Below, one piece after another: positions 48,424 through 57,450 of a DNA stretch of 64,000 nucleotides (position 1 is the stretch's first letter; every line of letters begins with the position of its first letter). The DNA is from an uncultured Dehalococcoidia bacterium (lineage in GTDB: Bacteria > Chloroflexota > Dehalococcoidia > Lucifugimonadales > CATOSD01): the NCBI GenBank assembly GCA_951812395.1, contig CATOSD010000001.1:1211108-1275107 (forward strand). The letters are read 5' to 3'. The notes under the pieces were generated by a model. It did not search any database. It saw nothing but the letters and a program-made list of their open reading frames with translations, and was not told the DNA's origin. The translations under genes and the position numbers were made by a program.

Positions 48424-49782
48424 ATGAGCTCGCTTTCCAAATCCGGCCTTCCGCGTTGGCCGTCCTGGGCGGGCGGCAGCGACTTCCAGGGCCGCGCCGG
48501 GTCCGCCATCACGCACCCCGCGACCGTCGCGGCGCTGGGCGTGCTGTTGCTGAACGACCTGCTGTTCAAGTCGCTGTGGCCCCACTGGTGGCTCACCGGC
48601 AAGCTCAGCGACCTCGCGTGGGTGGTGTTCGCGCTTCCACTGCTGGCGTTCCTGCTTTCGTTCGCCGCGCGGCGGAACGTCCGCGCCTGCCGCCTGGCGT
48701 TCGTCGCAGCCTACGTTGGTCTGCCGCTCCTCTACGCCGCGTTCAACACGTTCGAGCCGGTGCACGACGTGATCATGCGCGGCATCTCGCTCGCGGGCGG
48801 CGCCGCCGGCTCCCCTCGGGACGCGACAGACTCGCTGGTCATCCCGCTCGCGTGGGGTGCGGCGCTGTGGGTATGGCGGAGGGAGGTGCCCGCTGCGGGC
48901 GCGATGCGGCTGCGGTGGGCGGTGCTGGTGGCGGGGGTGGCGGCGCTGGCGAGCGTGGCGACGAGCGAAAGTGGGCCAGTCTATGGTGTGCAGAGGATCG
49001 GCGTTTCTCATGACGGACTGGTTGTCGCCGACGTCGACTACGGTGGATTCTGGAGCCTGGACGGCGGCTTGACCTGGAACCCTATTGAACACCAACTTGG
49101 TGATATTGCTTGGGGAGATCAAGATGTGGAAACGCCCAGGGGCCGCTACATACTCGATGGGCCGCGTGTGCTGCGGGTCAGTGCCGACGGCGCCAAGGAA
49201 GAGGTCGTCTACTCCGCCGAGTACCTGAAACAGGACGGTAACGTCTGGGTCCAAACGGTCTCTACTGAGAGTCTCGGACGGCGAAGTATCGGAACCCAAC
49301 CGGTGGCGATGGTCTACGACGAACGGAGCGGCAATCTTGCGCTGGCAATGGGTATCCAGGGTGTGGTGGTCGGAACGCCAGATGGCCAATGGGTCCCCAG
49401 AACCGTAGCGCAATTCAAACCTACTGACTTCTCGCTCGAGACGAAGACACGGCTTTTGCTATTTGACTTCGATTTCCACACCTCAGTACTGATACTTGCC
49501 TTGGCGATGACAGGAGCAGCCTTCATAGCCTCCCAGCATAGGCGACAAGATTTGCTGAGGAGCGTACTCATTGCTCCCATCGCAGGAATTGCGGCAATGT
49601 TTATGGTGGGCACTCTTTTCTTGCTTCCTCTATATCTAGCACTCTTTGTTCCGCCGGTATCTAACGTACCTCAGACCGTCATAGTGCTCCTGGTGGTTCC
49701 ACTCGGATCGGGCTTCGTCATAGGCTCGGAAGCGCGACGAAGCGAATTTTGGAACATCGGCGTGATGGAGTTGGAATACTAG
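48424..49782 (+). CDS. multi-TM protein with central Asp-box (BNR) region, paralog 1 (N-terminal part of a split gene?)
   Basis: 452 aa. The first ~168 aa are nearly identical to the ORF at 50767. Asp-box SLDGGLTW at 49054-49077. The C-terminus has TM helices. Confidence 0.7.
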   Translation: MSSLSKSGLPRWPSWAGGSDFQGRAGSAITHPATVAALGVLLLNDLLFKSLWPHWWLTGKLSDLAWVVFALPLLAFLLSFAARRNVRACRLAFVAAYVGLPLLYAAFNTFEPVHDVIMRGISLAGGAAGSPRDATDSLVIPLAWGAALWVWRREVPAAGAMRLRWAVLVAGVAALASVATSESGPVYGVQRIGVSHDGLVVADVDYGGFWSLDGGLTWNPIEHQLGDIAWGDQDVETPRGRYILDGPRVLRVSADGAKEEVVYSAEYLKQDGNVWVQTVSTESLGRRSIGTQPVAMVYDERSGNLALAMGIQGVVVGTPDGQWVPRTVAQFKPTDFSLETKTRLLLFDFDFHTSVLILALAMTGAAFIASQHRRQDLLRSVLIAPIAGIAAMFMVGTLFLLPLYLALFVPPVSNVPQTVIVLLVVPLGSGFVIGSEARRSEFWNIGVMELEY

Positions 49783-49790
49783 CCATATCA

Positions 49791-50657
49791 ATGTCAGGCC
49801 TCTCAACTGCTTCTTTTGTTGTCTCATACGACGAAGGTAGCGGGTATCTTCGAGGTATGTTCCATCCACTCGATTCGGACCAAGTTTTGCCTTGGGTGTT
49901 GGCAGTAGCCTCCCTTGCCGTCTCTTGGCCGCTGCTATTGCGCCATTGGGTTGTGGTTGTTGCGTCCATCGTAGGGATGACAACCCTTGTAGTGATCGCA
50001 TTCTTACTGTGGCTTCACTTAGGCGTCAGTAACGAACTGACTCAGTTCTCGGCCATCGCCTTGAGCGGCGTGATAGCCATCCTGCTTGCCGTGCACCTAA
50101 GTCGTCGAACGCGGTTCGAGGGGAACCCATGTTGGGCCTGTGGGAAACCCACGATCGCTCTCTACACTGGATGCCCCAACTGCGGCGCTCTATTGATGGG
50201 CAGCGAAAAGGATCATCCGATGTCTTCACCTCTTGGCGCGTCAGTACAGGGGCGTTGCGCCAGTCTGGGACCTCGAATTCTTGCAGGTATGATGGACCTT
50301 TCGATTGTACTCATCGTGGTAGGGATCGGGTCTTTCATTGTGTGGTTCCTCGACTCGGGCATTTACCATATATTCGATCTCATCTCACATATTCTCTTCC
50401 TGTTGGCGTTTAGCCTCCTCTACAATCCGATTCCGGTGGGCAGATTCGCCGCCACCCCCGGCAAGCGCGCGCTCAAGCTCCGCGTGGTCAGGTCCAATGG
50501 CTCACGCGTCGGCTATCGACGTGCGCTCGTGCGAGAGCTCGCCAAGTTCGGCCCTCTACTGACGGTCAACGCAGTTGTGATGGCCTTCCGCTCCGACCGC
50601 CGCGGCCTACACGACCTGCTCGCGGACACCGTCGTGGTGCGGCTCGATGGTCAATAG
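49791..50657 (+). CDS. TM + zinc-ribbon + RDD-domain membrane protein (possible C-terminal part of paralog 1)
   Basis: The ORF is open from 49749; ATG 49791 lies 8 nt after the upstream stop. The N-terminal half aligns with the C-terminal 130 aa of paralog 2, including the ribbon CWACG...CPNCGA. The C-terminus has RDD-family features (RF...PGKRAL.L.VV, GLHDLLADTVVV). Confidence 0.7.
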   Translation: MSGLSTASFVVSYDEGSGYLRGMFHPLDSDQVLPWVLAVASLAVSWPLLLRHWVVVVASIVGMTTLVVIAFLLWLHLGVSNELTQFSAIALSGVIAILLAVHLSRRTRFEGNPCWACGKPTIALYTGCPNCGALLMGSEKDHPMSSPLGASVQGRCASLGPRILAGMMDLSIVLIVVGIGSFIVWFLDSGIYHIFDLISHILFLLAFSLLYNPIPVGRFAATPGKRALKLRVVRSNGSRVGYRRALVRELAKFGPLLTVNAVVMAFRSDRRGLHDLLADTVVVRLDGQ

Positions 50658-50731
50658 CCAAGTGTCGGGTTGTCAGTCTCCTCTCCCTCGAGAGCGAGTT
50701 GAGTCAGAATGGGGGTGAAGAGCCCCCACGC

Positions 50732-50760
50732 TTGCCATCCGCCGCACACGCGCCTAGAAT
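50732..50760 (+). promoter_or_regulatory. TTGCCA-N17-TAGAAT promoter, 6 nt upstream of ATG 50767 (leaderless-type)
   Basis: Duplicate of the 48389 promoter. Confidence 0.6.
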
Positions 50761-50766
50761 CCGCCA

Positions 50767-52518
50767 ATGAGCTCGCTTTCCAAATCCGGCCTTCCGCGTT
50801 GGCCGTCCTGGGTGGGCGGCGGCGACTTCCGGCGCCGCGCGGAGTCCGCGCTGACGCATCCCGCCACCGTCGCGGCGCTGGGCGTGCTGTTGCTGAACGA
50901 CCTGCTGTTCAAGGCGCTGTGGCCCCACTCGTGGCTTACCGGCAAGCTCAGCGACCTCGCCTGGCTGATACTCGCACTGCCGCTGCTTGCGTTCCTGCTC
51001 TCGTTTGCCGCCCGCGGCAGCCTCCGTGCTCGCAGGTTGGCGTTCCTGGTCGCCTACGCGGGGTTGCCGCTCCTCTACGCCGCGTTCAACACGTTCGACC
51101 CGGTGCACGACCTGATCATGCGCGGCATCTCCCTCGCGGGCGGCGCCGCCGGTTCCCCTCGCGACGCCACGGACTCCCTCGTCATCCCGCTCGCGTGGGC
51201 CGCGGCGCTGTGGGTGTGGCGGCGGGAGGTGCCCGCTGCGGGCGCGATGCGGCTGCGGTGGGCGGTGCTGGTGATGTGCTTTGCTGCGCTTGCGATAGGG
51301 TCGTCGTGTGAGAGAGAGCCGCTGTATGGGGTCAAGAGAATCGGCGTTTCCGGCGATGGAGCAATTGTCGTAGAGGCCGAATACGGCCCGTTCAAAAGCG
51401 TAGATGGCGGCATGACATGGAACACGAGTGAGGGGCTGTCAGGACCAGTTCATTGGGGCGGCGGAAGCGCGGATACTCCGTGGGGTCGTTTCGTGATCGA
51501 CGGCCCGCGTGTGGTCAGCGTAGGCGACGACCGAGTTGTCTACTCGACAGAGTACCTAGCAAGGGACGGCAACTTGTGGGTACAGAAGGTGTCGACTGAA
51601 AGGTTGAATTCGACGAGAGAGATTTCCCTCACTCCGAGAGGAATCGCATTTGACGACCAAAGTGGCAACTTGGTGCTGGCCCTGGGAATACAGGGAGTCG
51701 TGGTTGGGGCAGCCGACGGGGAGTGGCGGGCCATCGCCGTAGGCCCATTTGAACCGACCGAGTTTTCGTTAACTGGTAAGACGCTACTGCTGGTGACTGA
51801 TCTCAAGTTTTGGACGGCGACTTTGGCTCTAGCACTCTCCATGACTGGGGTCGGACTCATAGCATCCCGGTACCCGTGGCGGGTCTTACGGTGGTCGGTT
51901 CCTACCGCGCTGCTGTCAACAATCATGGCTATAGTGCTTTTGGTCAACATAGTCACGGGACCGAGGAATTCAATAGGAGACACCTTTGGCCTGCTCATCG
52001 CGCTATGTGTGCCCTTTGGTCCAATCGTGGTAGCCATTGCAGTCGACTCGACGCCCCGATACGGAAACATCCGGGCCCTGGCATCAATCAACGTTGCCGT
52101 TTTCCCACTTCTGGCCTCTGTAGTACTACTCTTCGCTTTCGGCTATTCAGACGACGAGCGCGGCGGAATCTCCGATCTCCTCATTTATGCTGTTTCGATA
52201 CTGGCCTATTTCCTAGTGGTTGTGTCGCTGTTGGTGTCCTGGGATCGGCTCAGGCGCTGGCCTCTGGTTATAGCGTCAGTTGCTGGCATGACGGTGCTCG
52301 TCACTCTAGTGTTCATGTTGTGGTTGCACCTGAGCGTCGATGAAATTGTGACCAAGTCCGCTACGGTCGCGCTATGCGGAGTCGCAGCTGGCATTCTTGC
52401 CGGATACATAGGTCACACAACTCCGGTGGAAGTGGGGTCATGCTCAACCTGCGGAAGTTTCGTTTTGGCTTCAGAAAGGCAGTGTAACGATTGCGGAGCG
52501 TTGCAAACTCAAGACTGA
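50767..52518 (+). CDS. multi-TM protein with central Asp-box region and C-terminal zinc ribbon, paralog 2
   Basis: 583 aa. Asp-box SVDGGMTW. C-terminal ribbon CSTCGSFVLASERQCNDCGA. Confidence 0.75.
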   Translation: MSSLSKSGLPRWPSWVGGGDFRRRAESALTHPATVAALGVLLLNDLLFKALWPHSWLTGKLSDLAWLILALPLLAFLLSFAARGSLRARRLAFLVAYAGLPLLYAAFNTFDPVHDLIMRGISLAGGAAGSPRDATDSLVIPLAWAAALWVWRREVPAAGAMRLRWAVLVMCFAALAIGSSCEREPLYGVKRIGVSGDGAIVVEAEYGPFKSVDGGMTWNTSEGLSGPVHWGGGSADTPWGRFVIDGPRVVSVGDDRVVYSTEYLARDGNLWVQKVSTERLNSTREISLTPRGIAFDDQSGNLVLALGIQGVVVGAADGEWRAIAVGPFEPTEFSLTGKTLLLVTDLKFWTATLALALSMTGVGLIASRYPWRVLRWSVPTALLSTIMAIVLLVNIVTGPRNSIGDTFGLLIALCVPFGPIVVAIAVDSTPRYGNIRALASINVAVFPLLASVVLLFAFGYSDDERGGISDLLIYAVSILAYFLVVVSLLVSWDRLRRWPLVIASVAGMTVLVTLVFMLWLHLSVDEIVTKSATVALCGVAAGILAGYIGHTTPVEVGSCSTCGSFVLASERQCNDCGALQTQD

Positions 52519-52577
52519 GGACTTCTGCTCTGACCCGCAGGCGTCCGAACGTTCGCTCGCCAGGCTATATCCCCATC

Positions 52578-53942
52578 CTATCCCTCTACCTGAGGCAATG
52601 GGGACTGGTCGGCGCCGCCCTTCCCCTCCCCCCACCAACGCCGCATCCGCTGCGCCACTTCGCGCTCGTAGCCCTGGTCGCTCGCGTCGTAGTAGCGGCG
52701 ACCCGCCAGGCTGTCCGGCAGGTTCTGCGTCGGGGTGAAGTGTCCCTCGTACTCGTGGGCGTAGCGGTAGCCCTTGCCGTAGCCCATGTCCTTCATCAGG
52801 CCCGTCACCGCGTTGCGCAGGTGCAGCGGCACAGGCTCGTTGCGAGTCTCGCGCACGTCCGCCATGGCGCGCTCGATGGCCGAGTAGGCGGCGTTGCTCT
52901 TGGGCGCCGTCGCCAGGTAAACCGTCGCCTCCGCGAGCGGGATGCGCGCCTCGGGCATGCCGATGAAGTGCACCGCCTGCTGCGCCGCCACCGCCACCGT
53001 CAGCGCCATGGGCGCCGCCATGCCTATGTCCTCGGCCGCCAGCACGACAAGCCGCCGCGCCACGAAGAGCGGGTCCTCACCCGCCTCCAGCATCCGCGCC
53101 AGCCAGTACACCGCCGCGTCCGGGTCGGACGCCCGTACCGACTTGATGAACGCCGAGATTGTGTCGTAGTGAAGGTCGCCCGCCTTGTCGTGGCGCAGCG
53201 AGCGGCGCTGCATCGCCTCCTCGACCACCGATTGCGTCACGAGCCGCGCGCCGTCCGCGTCCGGGGGCGTGGCGGACACCGCGAGCTCCAGCGCGTTGAG
53301 CGCCGAGCGCGCGTCGCCGTTGGCCAGGTTCACCAGGGCGGCCAGCCCCTCGTCGTCGAGCGCGGCGTTCAGCCCGCCGAGTCCACGCTCGCGGTCCGTC
53401 AGGGCTGACGCGACGATGCCGGCCACCTCGTCGTCGGTGAGGGACTCGAGCGCGAACACCCGCGCCCTCGAAAGCAGAGGCGACACGACCTCGAACGACG
53501 GATTCTCCGTGGTGGCGCCGATGAGGGCGAAGGTGCCGTCCTCGACGTAGGGAAGGATGACGTCCTGCTGCGCCTTGTTGAAGCGGTGAATCTCGTCCAC
53601 GAACAGCAGCGTGCGCTCGCCGTGCGCGCCCAGCCGCTCCCTGGCCTCCGCGGCAATGCGCCGCAGGTCGGCCACGCCCGACGCCACGCCGCTGACGCGC
53701 TCGAAGTGGCTCCTGGTCTGGCCGGCTATCAGCGTGGCCAGCGTGGTCTTGCCGGCGCCGGGCGGCCCCCACAGGATGACGGACGGGAGCCGGTCGGCCT
53801 CGATGCTGCGGCGGAGCACCGACTCGGGGCCGACGACGTGACTTTGCCCCACGAACTCGTCGAACGTGCGGGGACGCATCCGCGCGGCCAGCGGGGCGCC
53901 GGTAGCGAGTTCGCGCTTTGCTCTGTCCTCGAACAGCGTCAA
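52578..53942 (-). CDS. rarA: replication-associated recombination protein A (AAA+ ATPase)
   Basis: 454 aa. PLAARMRPRTFDEFVGQ, Walker A GPPGAGKTT, LFVDEIHRFNKAQQD, C-terminal MgsA domain YLARML. Confidence 0.93.
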   Translation of the reverse strand: MTLFEDRAKRELATGAPLAARMRPRTFDEFVGQSHVVGPESVLRRSIEADRLPSVILWGPPGAGKTTLATLIAGQTRSHFERVSGVASGVADLRRIAAEARERLGAHGERTLLFVDEIHRFNKAQQDVILPYVEDGTFALIGATTENPSFEVVSPLLSRARVFALESLTDDEVAGIVASALTDRERGLGGLNAALDDEGLAALVNLANGDARSALNALELAVSATPPDADGARLVTQSVVEEAMQRRSLRHDKAGDLHYDTISAFIKSVRASDPDAAVYWLARMLEAGEDPLFVARRLVVLAAEDIGMAAPMALTVAVAAQQAVHFIGMPEARIPLAEATVYLATAPKSNAAYSAIERAMADVRETRNEPVPLHLRNAVTGLMKDMGYGKGYRYAHEYEGHFTPTQNLPDSLAGRRYYDASDQGYEREVAQRMRRWWGEGKGGADQSPLPQVEG

Positions 53943-53980
53943 ACCTTCTGCCTCACAAGTCCCTTGCCCCTCGCTCGATA

Positions 53981-54024
53981 GTCCCTTCCCCCTTGCAGGG
54001 GAAGGTTAGGATGGGGGTGACGGT
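53981..54024 (-). repeat. family-1 REP-like hairpin repeat (reverse orientation)
   Basis: agtcccttccccc-ttgca-ggggaagg-ttaggatgggggtgacgg. Confidence 0.85.
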
Positions 54025-54030
54025 CGCTCC

Positions 54031-54720
54031 CTAGTTGCTGCGGTTGGTGGGCAGGAACGGGAGCAGGATGCTGGCTAGCGACTGGACGTTGCGTGTCTGA
54101 ATCCACACGTTGCCGTTGCCGCGGAACTTCATCACCAGACCCTCGCCGCCGGCAATCAGCGAGCGGATTCCGCCCACCTTGTCCACGGAGTACTCCACGT
54201 CGTCCGAGAACGCCACGAGGTGGCCGGTGTCGATCACAAGCTCCTTGCCCGGCTGCACGCGCACCTGCTTGATCGCGCCGTACGAGGTCACGTACACCGT
54301 GCCGGAGCCGCCCTTGGAGAAGGCCCGCAGGAAGAAGATGCTTTCTCCGCTGAACATGCCCCTGAGTCCCTGGAACTGCGTGTCGGTCTCCACGTTGTCG
54401 GTGGATGCCATGTAGGACGTGCCCTGGATGAACAGGCTTTTGCCCGGGTCCAAGTGGAACGAAGCGATGTCCCCCGGTGTGGACGGCGCGAGACTCACCC
54501 AGCCACCGCCGCGCTGGGCGGTGAAGCTGTTGACGAAGAACGACTCGCCGCCGAGCATTCTCTTCAGGCCGCCCATTATGCTGCCGGAGCCCATGCCCGT
54601 GGTCATGTCCACGCCCTCCTGGGCCACCATCGCGCCCGGTTCGGCCTTGATGACCTCGCCCGGGTCGAGCTCCAGTGTCAGCAGTGTGTAGCTTGGGTCG
54701 TATTCTATGGTAGGTCTCAC
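54031..54720 (-). CDS. TIGR00266/AIM24 (DUF124) family protein
   Basis: 229 aa. L.L.L.PGE.I.AE.GAMV at the N-terminus, and the later GEG.....F.G.G.VW.Q pattern. Confidence 0.8.
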   Translation of the reverse strand: MRPTIEYDPSYTLLTLELDPGEVIKAEPGAMVAQEGVDMTTGMGSGSIMGGLKRMLGGESFFVNSFTAQRGGGWVSLAPSTPGDIASFHLDPGKSLFIQGTSYMASTDNVETDTQFQGLRGMFSGESIFFLRAFSKGGSGTVYVTSYGAIKQVRVQPGKELVIDTGHLVAFSDDVEYSVDKVGGIRSLIAGGEGLVMKFRGNGNVWIQTRNVQSLASILLPFLPTNRSN

Positions 54721-54799
54721 GATGCACTCTCCTGTTCATCGATCTCTGGTATGTTCCAACTACAATTGCGTTCGTAACCTCGGCCTCGGTGGGCCTCGA

Positions 54800-56206
54800 T
54801 TAGTTCCCCAGCGCCCCCACCAGTCCGGCGAGCAGGGCGTCGTCCTCGTCCTCCAGCACCGTGCGCGGGTCCAGCAGCAGCGCGTCGCGCTCCACACGCC
54901 CGATCACCGGCGGGTCCGCCGCGCGCAGACGCTCGGCCAGTCGCGCGGCGTCAACGCCGGACACTGACAGCGCCCACGTCGGCAGGGTTTCGCCTGGCAG
55001 ACTGCCGCCGCCGATGGCGGACGTCGACTCGAGGACCCGCGCGTCGCCCGGCTTGCCGGCCAGCGCGCGCCTCCACCGCTCAGCCCTGGCGCGGATGTCG
55101 TCCGGCTTCGCGCCGATCATGCACCACACCGGCACTTCGCGCTCGGCCTCGCCCTTGACGTAGTGGAGCAGCGTCGAGTTCAGCGCCGCCATGCTCAGCT
55201 TGTCGATGCGCACCGCACGCGCCAGCGGATGGCGAGACACGATGTCCAACATACGACGGCTGCCGGCGATGATGCCCGCCTGTGGCCCGCCCAGCAGCTT
55301 GTCGCCGGAGAAGAACATCACGTCCACGCCCGCAGCGGCGCTCTCCTGCGGCATCGGTTCGTGCGCCAGGCCGAACGGCTTGGTGTCCAGCAGGCAGCCG
55401 CTGCCCAGGTCGTGGAGCACGGGAACGCCACGCCTGCGGCCTATCTGCGCAAGCTCGGCTATGCCGGGCGAGTGGGTAAATCCCATCACGCGGAAGTTGC
55501 TCGCGTGGACAAGCAGCAGCGCGCCGGTGTCGTCGCCGATGGCGTCCTCAAAGTCGCGTGCGTAGGTGCGGTTGGTGGTGCCGACCTCGACGAGCTCCGC
55601 GCCGCTCTGCCTCAGCACGTCGGGAATGCGGAAGCCGCCGCCGATCTCCACGGCCTCGCCGCGCGAAACTATCACCTGCTTGCCGGCCGCGATGGCTGCC
55701 AGACCCAGCAGCACGGCGGAGGCGTTGTTGTTCACGACCGTCGCCGCCTCTGTGCCGGTCAGCTCGCAGATGTGACGCGCGACCGCCGCCTGACGGGAGC
55801 CGCGCCGTCCGGTGGCAAGGTCCAGCTCCAGGTCGCCAAAGCCCGCGGCGGCCTCTCGCACCGCGTCCGCCGCCGCGGCGCTGAGTGGCGCGCGCCCCAG
55901 GTTGGTGTGGAGTACCACGCCCGTGGCGTTGATCACGCGGCGGGGCCAGGTAGCGAATCGCGACCGTGCCTGCGCCGAGACCTCGCCCGCCAGTTCGTCG
56001 AGACCGGGAGCGTCGTCGCCGTTCTCCGCGATGCGCCGCCTTGCGACGGCGAGCCGGTCCCTCACCAACTCCAACACCGCGCGCCGCGAGTAGGCTCGCG
56101 ACAGCGCATCCACGCGCGTGTCGCTCATCACCCGGTCGACGCTCGGCAGCGCCCTGAATCGCGATGCCATCCTCATCCCCCGTGCGAAAGTGTCGCACAC
56201 CTCCAA
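54800..56206 (-). CDS. selA: L-seryl-tRNA(Sec) selenium transferase
   Basis: 468-aa ORF. VINATGVVLHTNLGRAPLS, VVNNNASAVLL, VSRGEAVEIGGGFRIPDV, FSGDKLLGGPQAGII. The start could be ATG 56176 or 56170. Confidence 0.9.
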   Translation of the reverse strand: MEVCDTFARGMRMASRFRALPSVDRVMSDTRVDALSRAYSRRAVLELVRDRLAVARRRIAENGDDAPGLDELAGEVSAQARSRFATWPRRVINATGVVLHTNLGRAPLSAAAADAVREAAAGFGDLELDLATGRRGSRQAAVARHICELTGTEAATVVNNNASAVLLGLAAIAAGKQVIVSRGEAVEIGGGFRIPDVLRQSGAELVEVGTTNRTYARDFEDAIGDDTGALLLVHASNFRVMGFTHSPGIAELAQIGRRRGVPVLHDLGSGCLLDTKPFGLAHEPMPQESAAAGVDVMFFSGDKLLGGPQAGIIAGSRRMLDIVSRHPLARAVRIDKLSMAALNSTLLHYVKGEAEREVPVWCMIGAKPDDIRARAERWRRALAGKPGDARVLESTSAIGGGSLPGETLPTWALSVSGVDAARLAERLRAADPPVIGRVERDALLLDPRTVLEDEDDALLAGLVGALGN

Positions 56207-56388
56207 TTATACCCCACCGCCTGATGTCGATATTGGCGCCTTGGCTGCGCAATTCAGAAACAAAGAGTCCCTTAGTCGGCCAGAGTCGGCCAGCGGTCTG
56301 ACGCTCGCCGTTGACAAACTTCCCCATTGCCGAAAGAATCGAGTACCAACACCCTTACCGACATCATGACGAAAGAGGCTCCCTCGAC

Positions 56389-57219
56389 ATGCTGCGAAAC
56401 ACCTTCCTGCACCTGCCCGGCGTCGGCTACAAGTATGAGCGGCTGCTGTGGGAGTCGGGCGTGCTGACGTGGGAGGACTTTCTGAGCGCGCCGTCGCTGC
56501 CGTCCGCGCTGGACGGACGCAGAGACCGGCTGAGGCGGCTGGTCGAAGAGTCGGTCGCCCGCCAGGAAACGGGAAACGCGGCCTACTTCGCGAGAGCGCT
56601 GCCGCCCCGCGAGGTGTGGCGGCTGTACGCGGACTACCGTAACAGCGCGGCGTTTCTGGACATTGAGACGACCGGACTTTCGCCTTACTCAAGCTACCTG
56701 ACGCTGGTGGGCATACTGGACCGTGACGGCTACCGCGGATTCGTGCGCGACGATAACCTGCTCGATTTGCGAGAGGCGTTGGAGCAATACGACCTGGTGG
56801 TCACGTACAACGGCGCGAGCTTCGATCTGCCCTACGTGGAGCACACGTTCGGCAGCGTGTTCAGGCACGTCGCGCACCTGGACCTGATGTATCCGCTGCG
56901 CCGGCTCGGCTACGGCGGAGGACTGAAGCACATAGAGGCTCGGCTGGGCGTGGGGCGTCCGTCGGAGCTGAGCGGGCTGAGTGGATACGACGCGGTGCGT
57001 ATGTGGCGCATGTGGACGATGGGCAGCGCCGGCGCGCTCGATACGCTGGTGCGCTACAACGCCGAGGACGTGGCGTCGCTGCCCGCGCTGGCCGACCTGG
57101 TGTACAACAGATCTGCCGAGAAGCTCTGGCCGGACCTTCCACGGGTCGAACCGTCCCCACGCCACGACATCGACCTGCCATACGACCCGGCCATAGTGGC
57201 GGCGCTGACCCGGGCCTGA
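56389..57219 (+). CDS. RNase H-like fold exonuclease (YprB/RNase_H_2-like) with N-terminal HhH-like segment
   Basis: LHLPGVGYKYERLLWESGV, then FLDIETTGLSP...VTYNGASFDLPY (exonuclease motifs I and II). Confidence 0.7.
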   Translation: MLRNTFLHLPGVGYKYERLLWESGVLTWEDFLSAPSLPSALDGRRDRLRRLVEESVARQETGNAAYFARALPPREVWRLYADYRNSAAFLDIETTGLSPYSSYLTLVGILDRDGYRGFVRDDNLLDLREALEQYDLVVTYNGASFDLPYVEHTFGSVFRHVAHLDLMYPLRRLGYGGGLKHIEARLGVGRPSELSGLSGYDAVRMWRMWTMGSAGALDTLVRYNAEDVASLPALADLVYNRSAEKLWPDLPRVEPSPRHDIDLPYDPAIVAALTRA

Positions 57220-57229
57220 GAGCATGACC

Positions 57230-57450
57230 CAAGCCCTTAACTCCCAACTGAGCACACCCCCTACACCCATTTCGAGCGGAGCGCTCTCTCTCGTCATTCC
57301 TAGCGAAGCCGAGGAATACGAAGCGTCCGTCGGCAAGGCCTCCTTCCCTTTCTCGACAACCCTCTTGATTTCTACGCACATCCGTGCGATTCTCCCCATG
57401 ACGAGGGACTGACCCCCTATCCGGCGAGCACGGACGGCCAGGTACGAGGC
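57230..57450 (+). repeat. diverged partial copy (copy C) of the large dispersed element, with a family-2 repeat inserted at 57293-57323
   Basis: cctccttccctttctcgacaaccctcttgatttctacgcacatccgtgcgattctcc...gagggactgacccc parallels copies A and B around the promoter-palindrome module. Confidence 0.5.
57365..57393 (+). promoter_or_regulatory. promoter-like module TTGATT-N17-GATTCT with CGCAC-ATCC-GTGCG palindrome
   Basis: Same geometry as at 28358. The -10 is weak. It points toward comM. Confidence 0.4.

Noticed and set aside
50678-50710. Additional family-1b repeat copy (ctcctctccctcgagagcgagttgagtcag)
   Set aside because: It is too degenerate. The stem is not maintained, so I did not count it as a copy.
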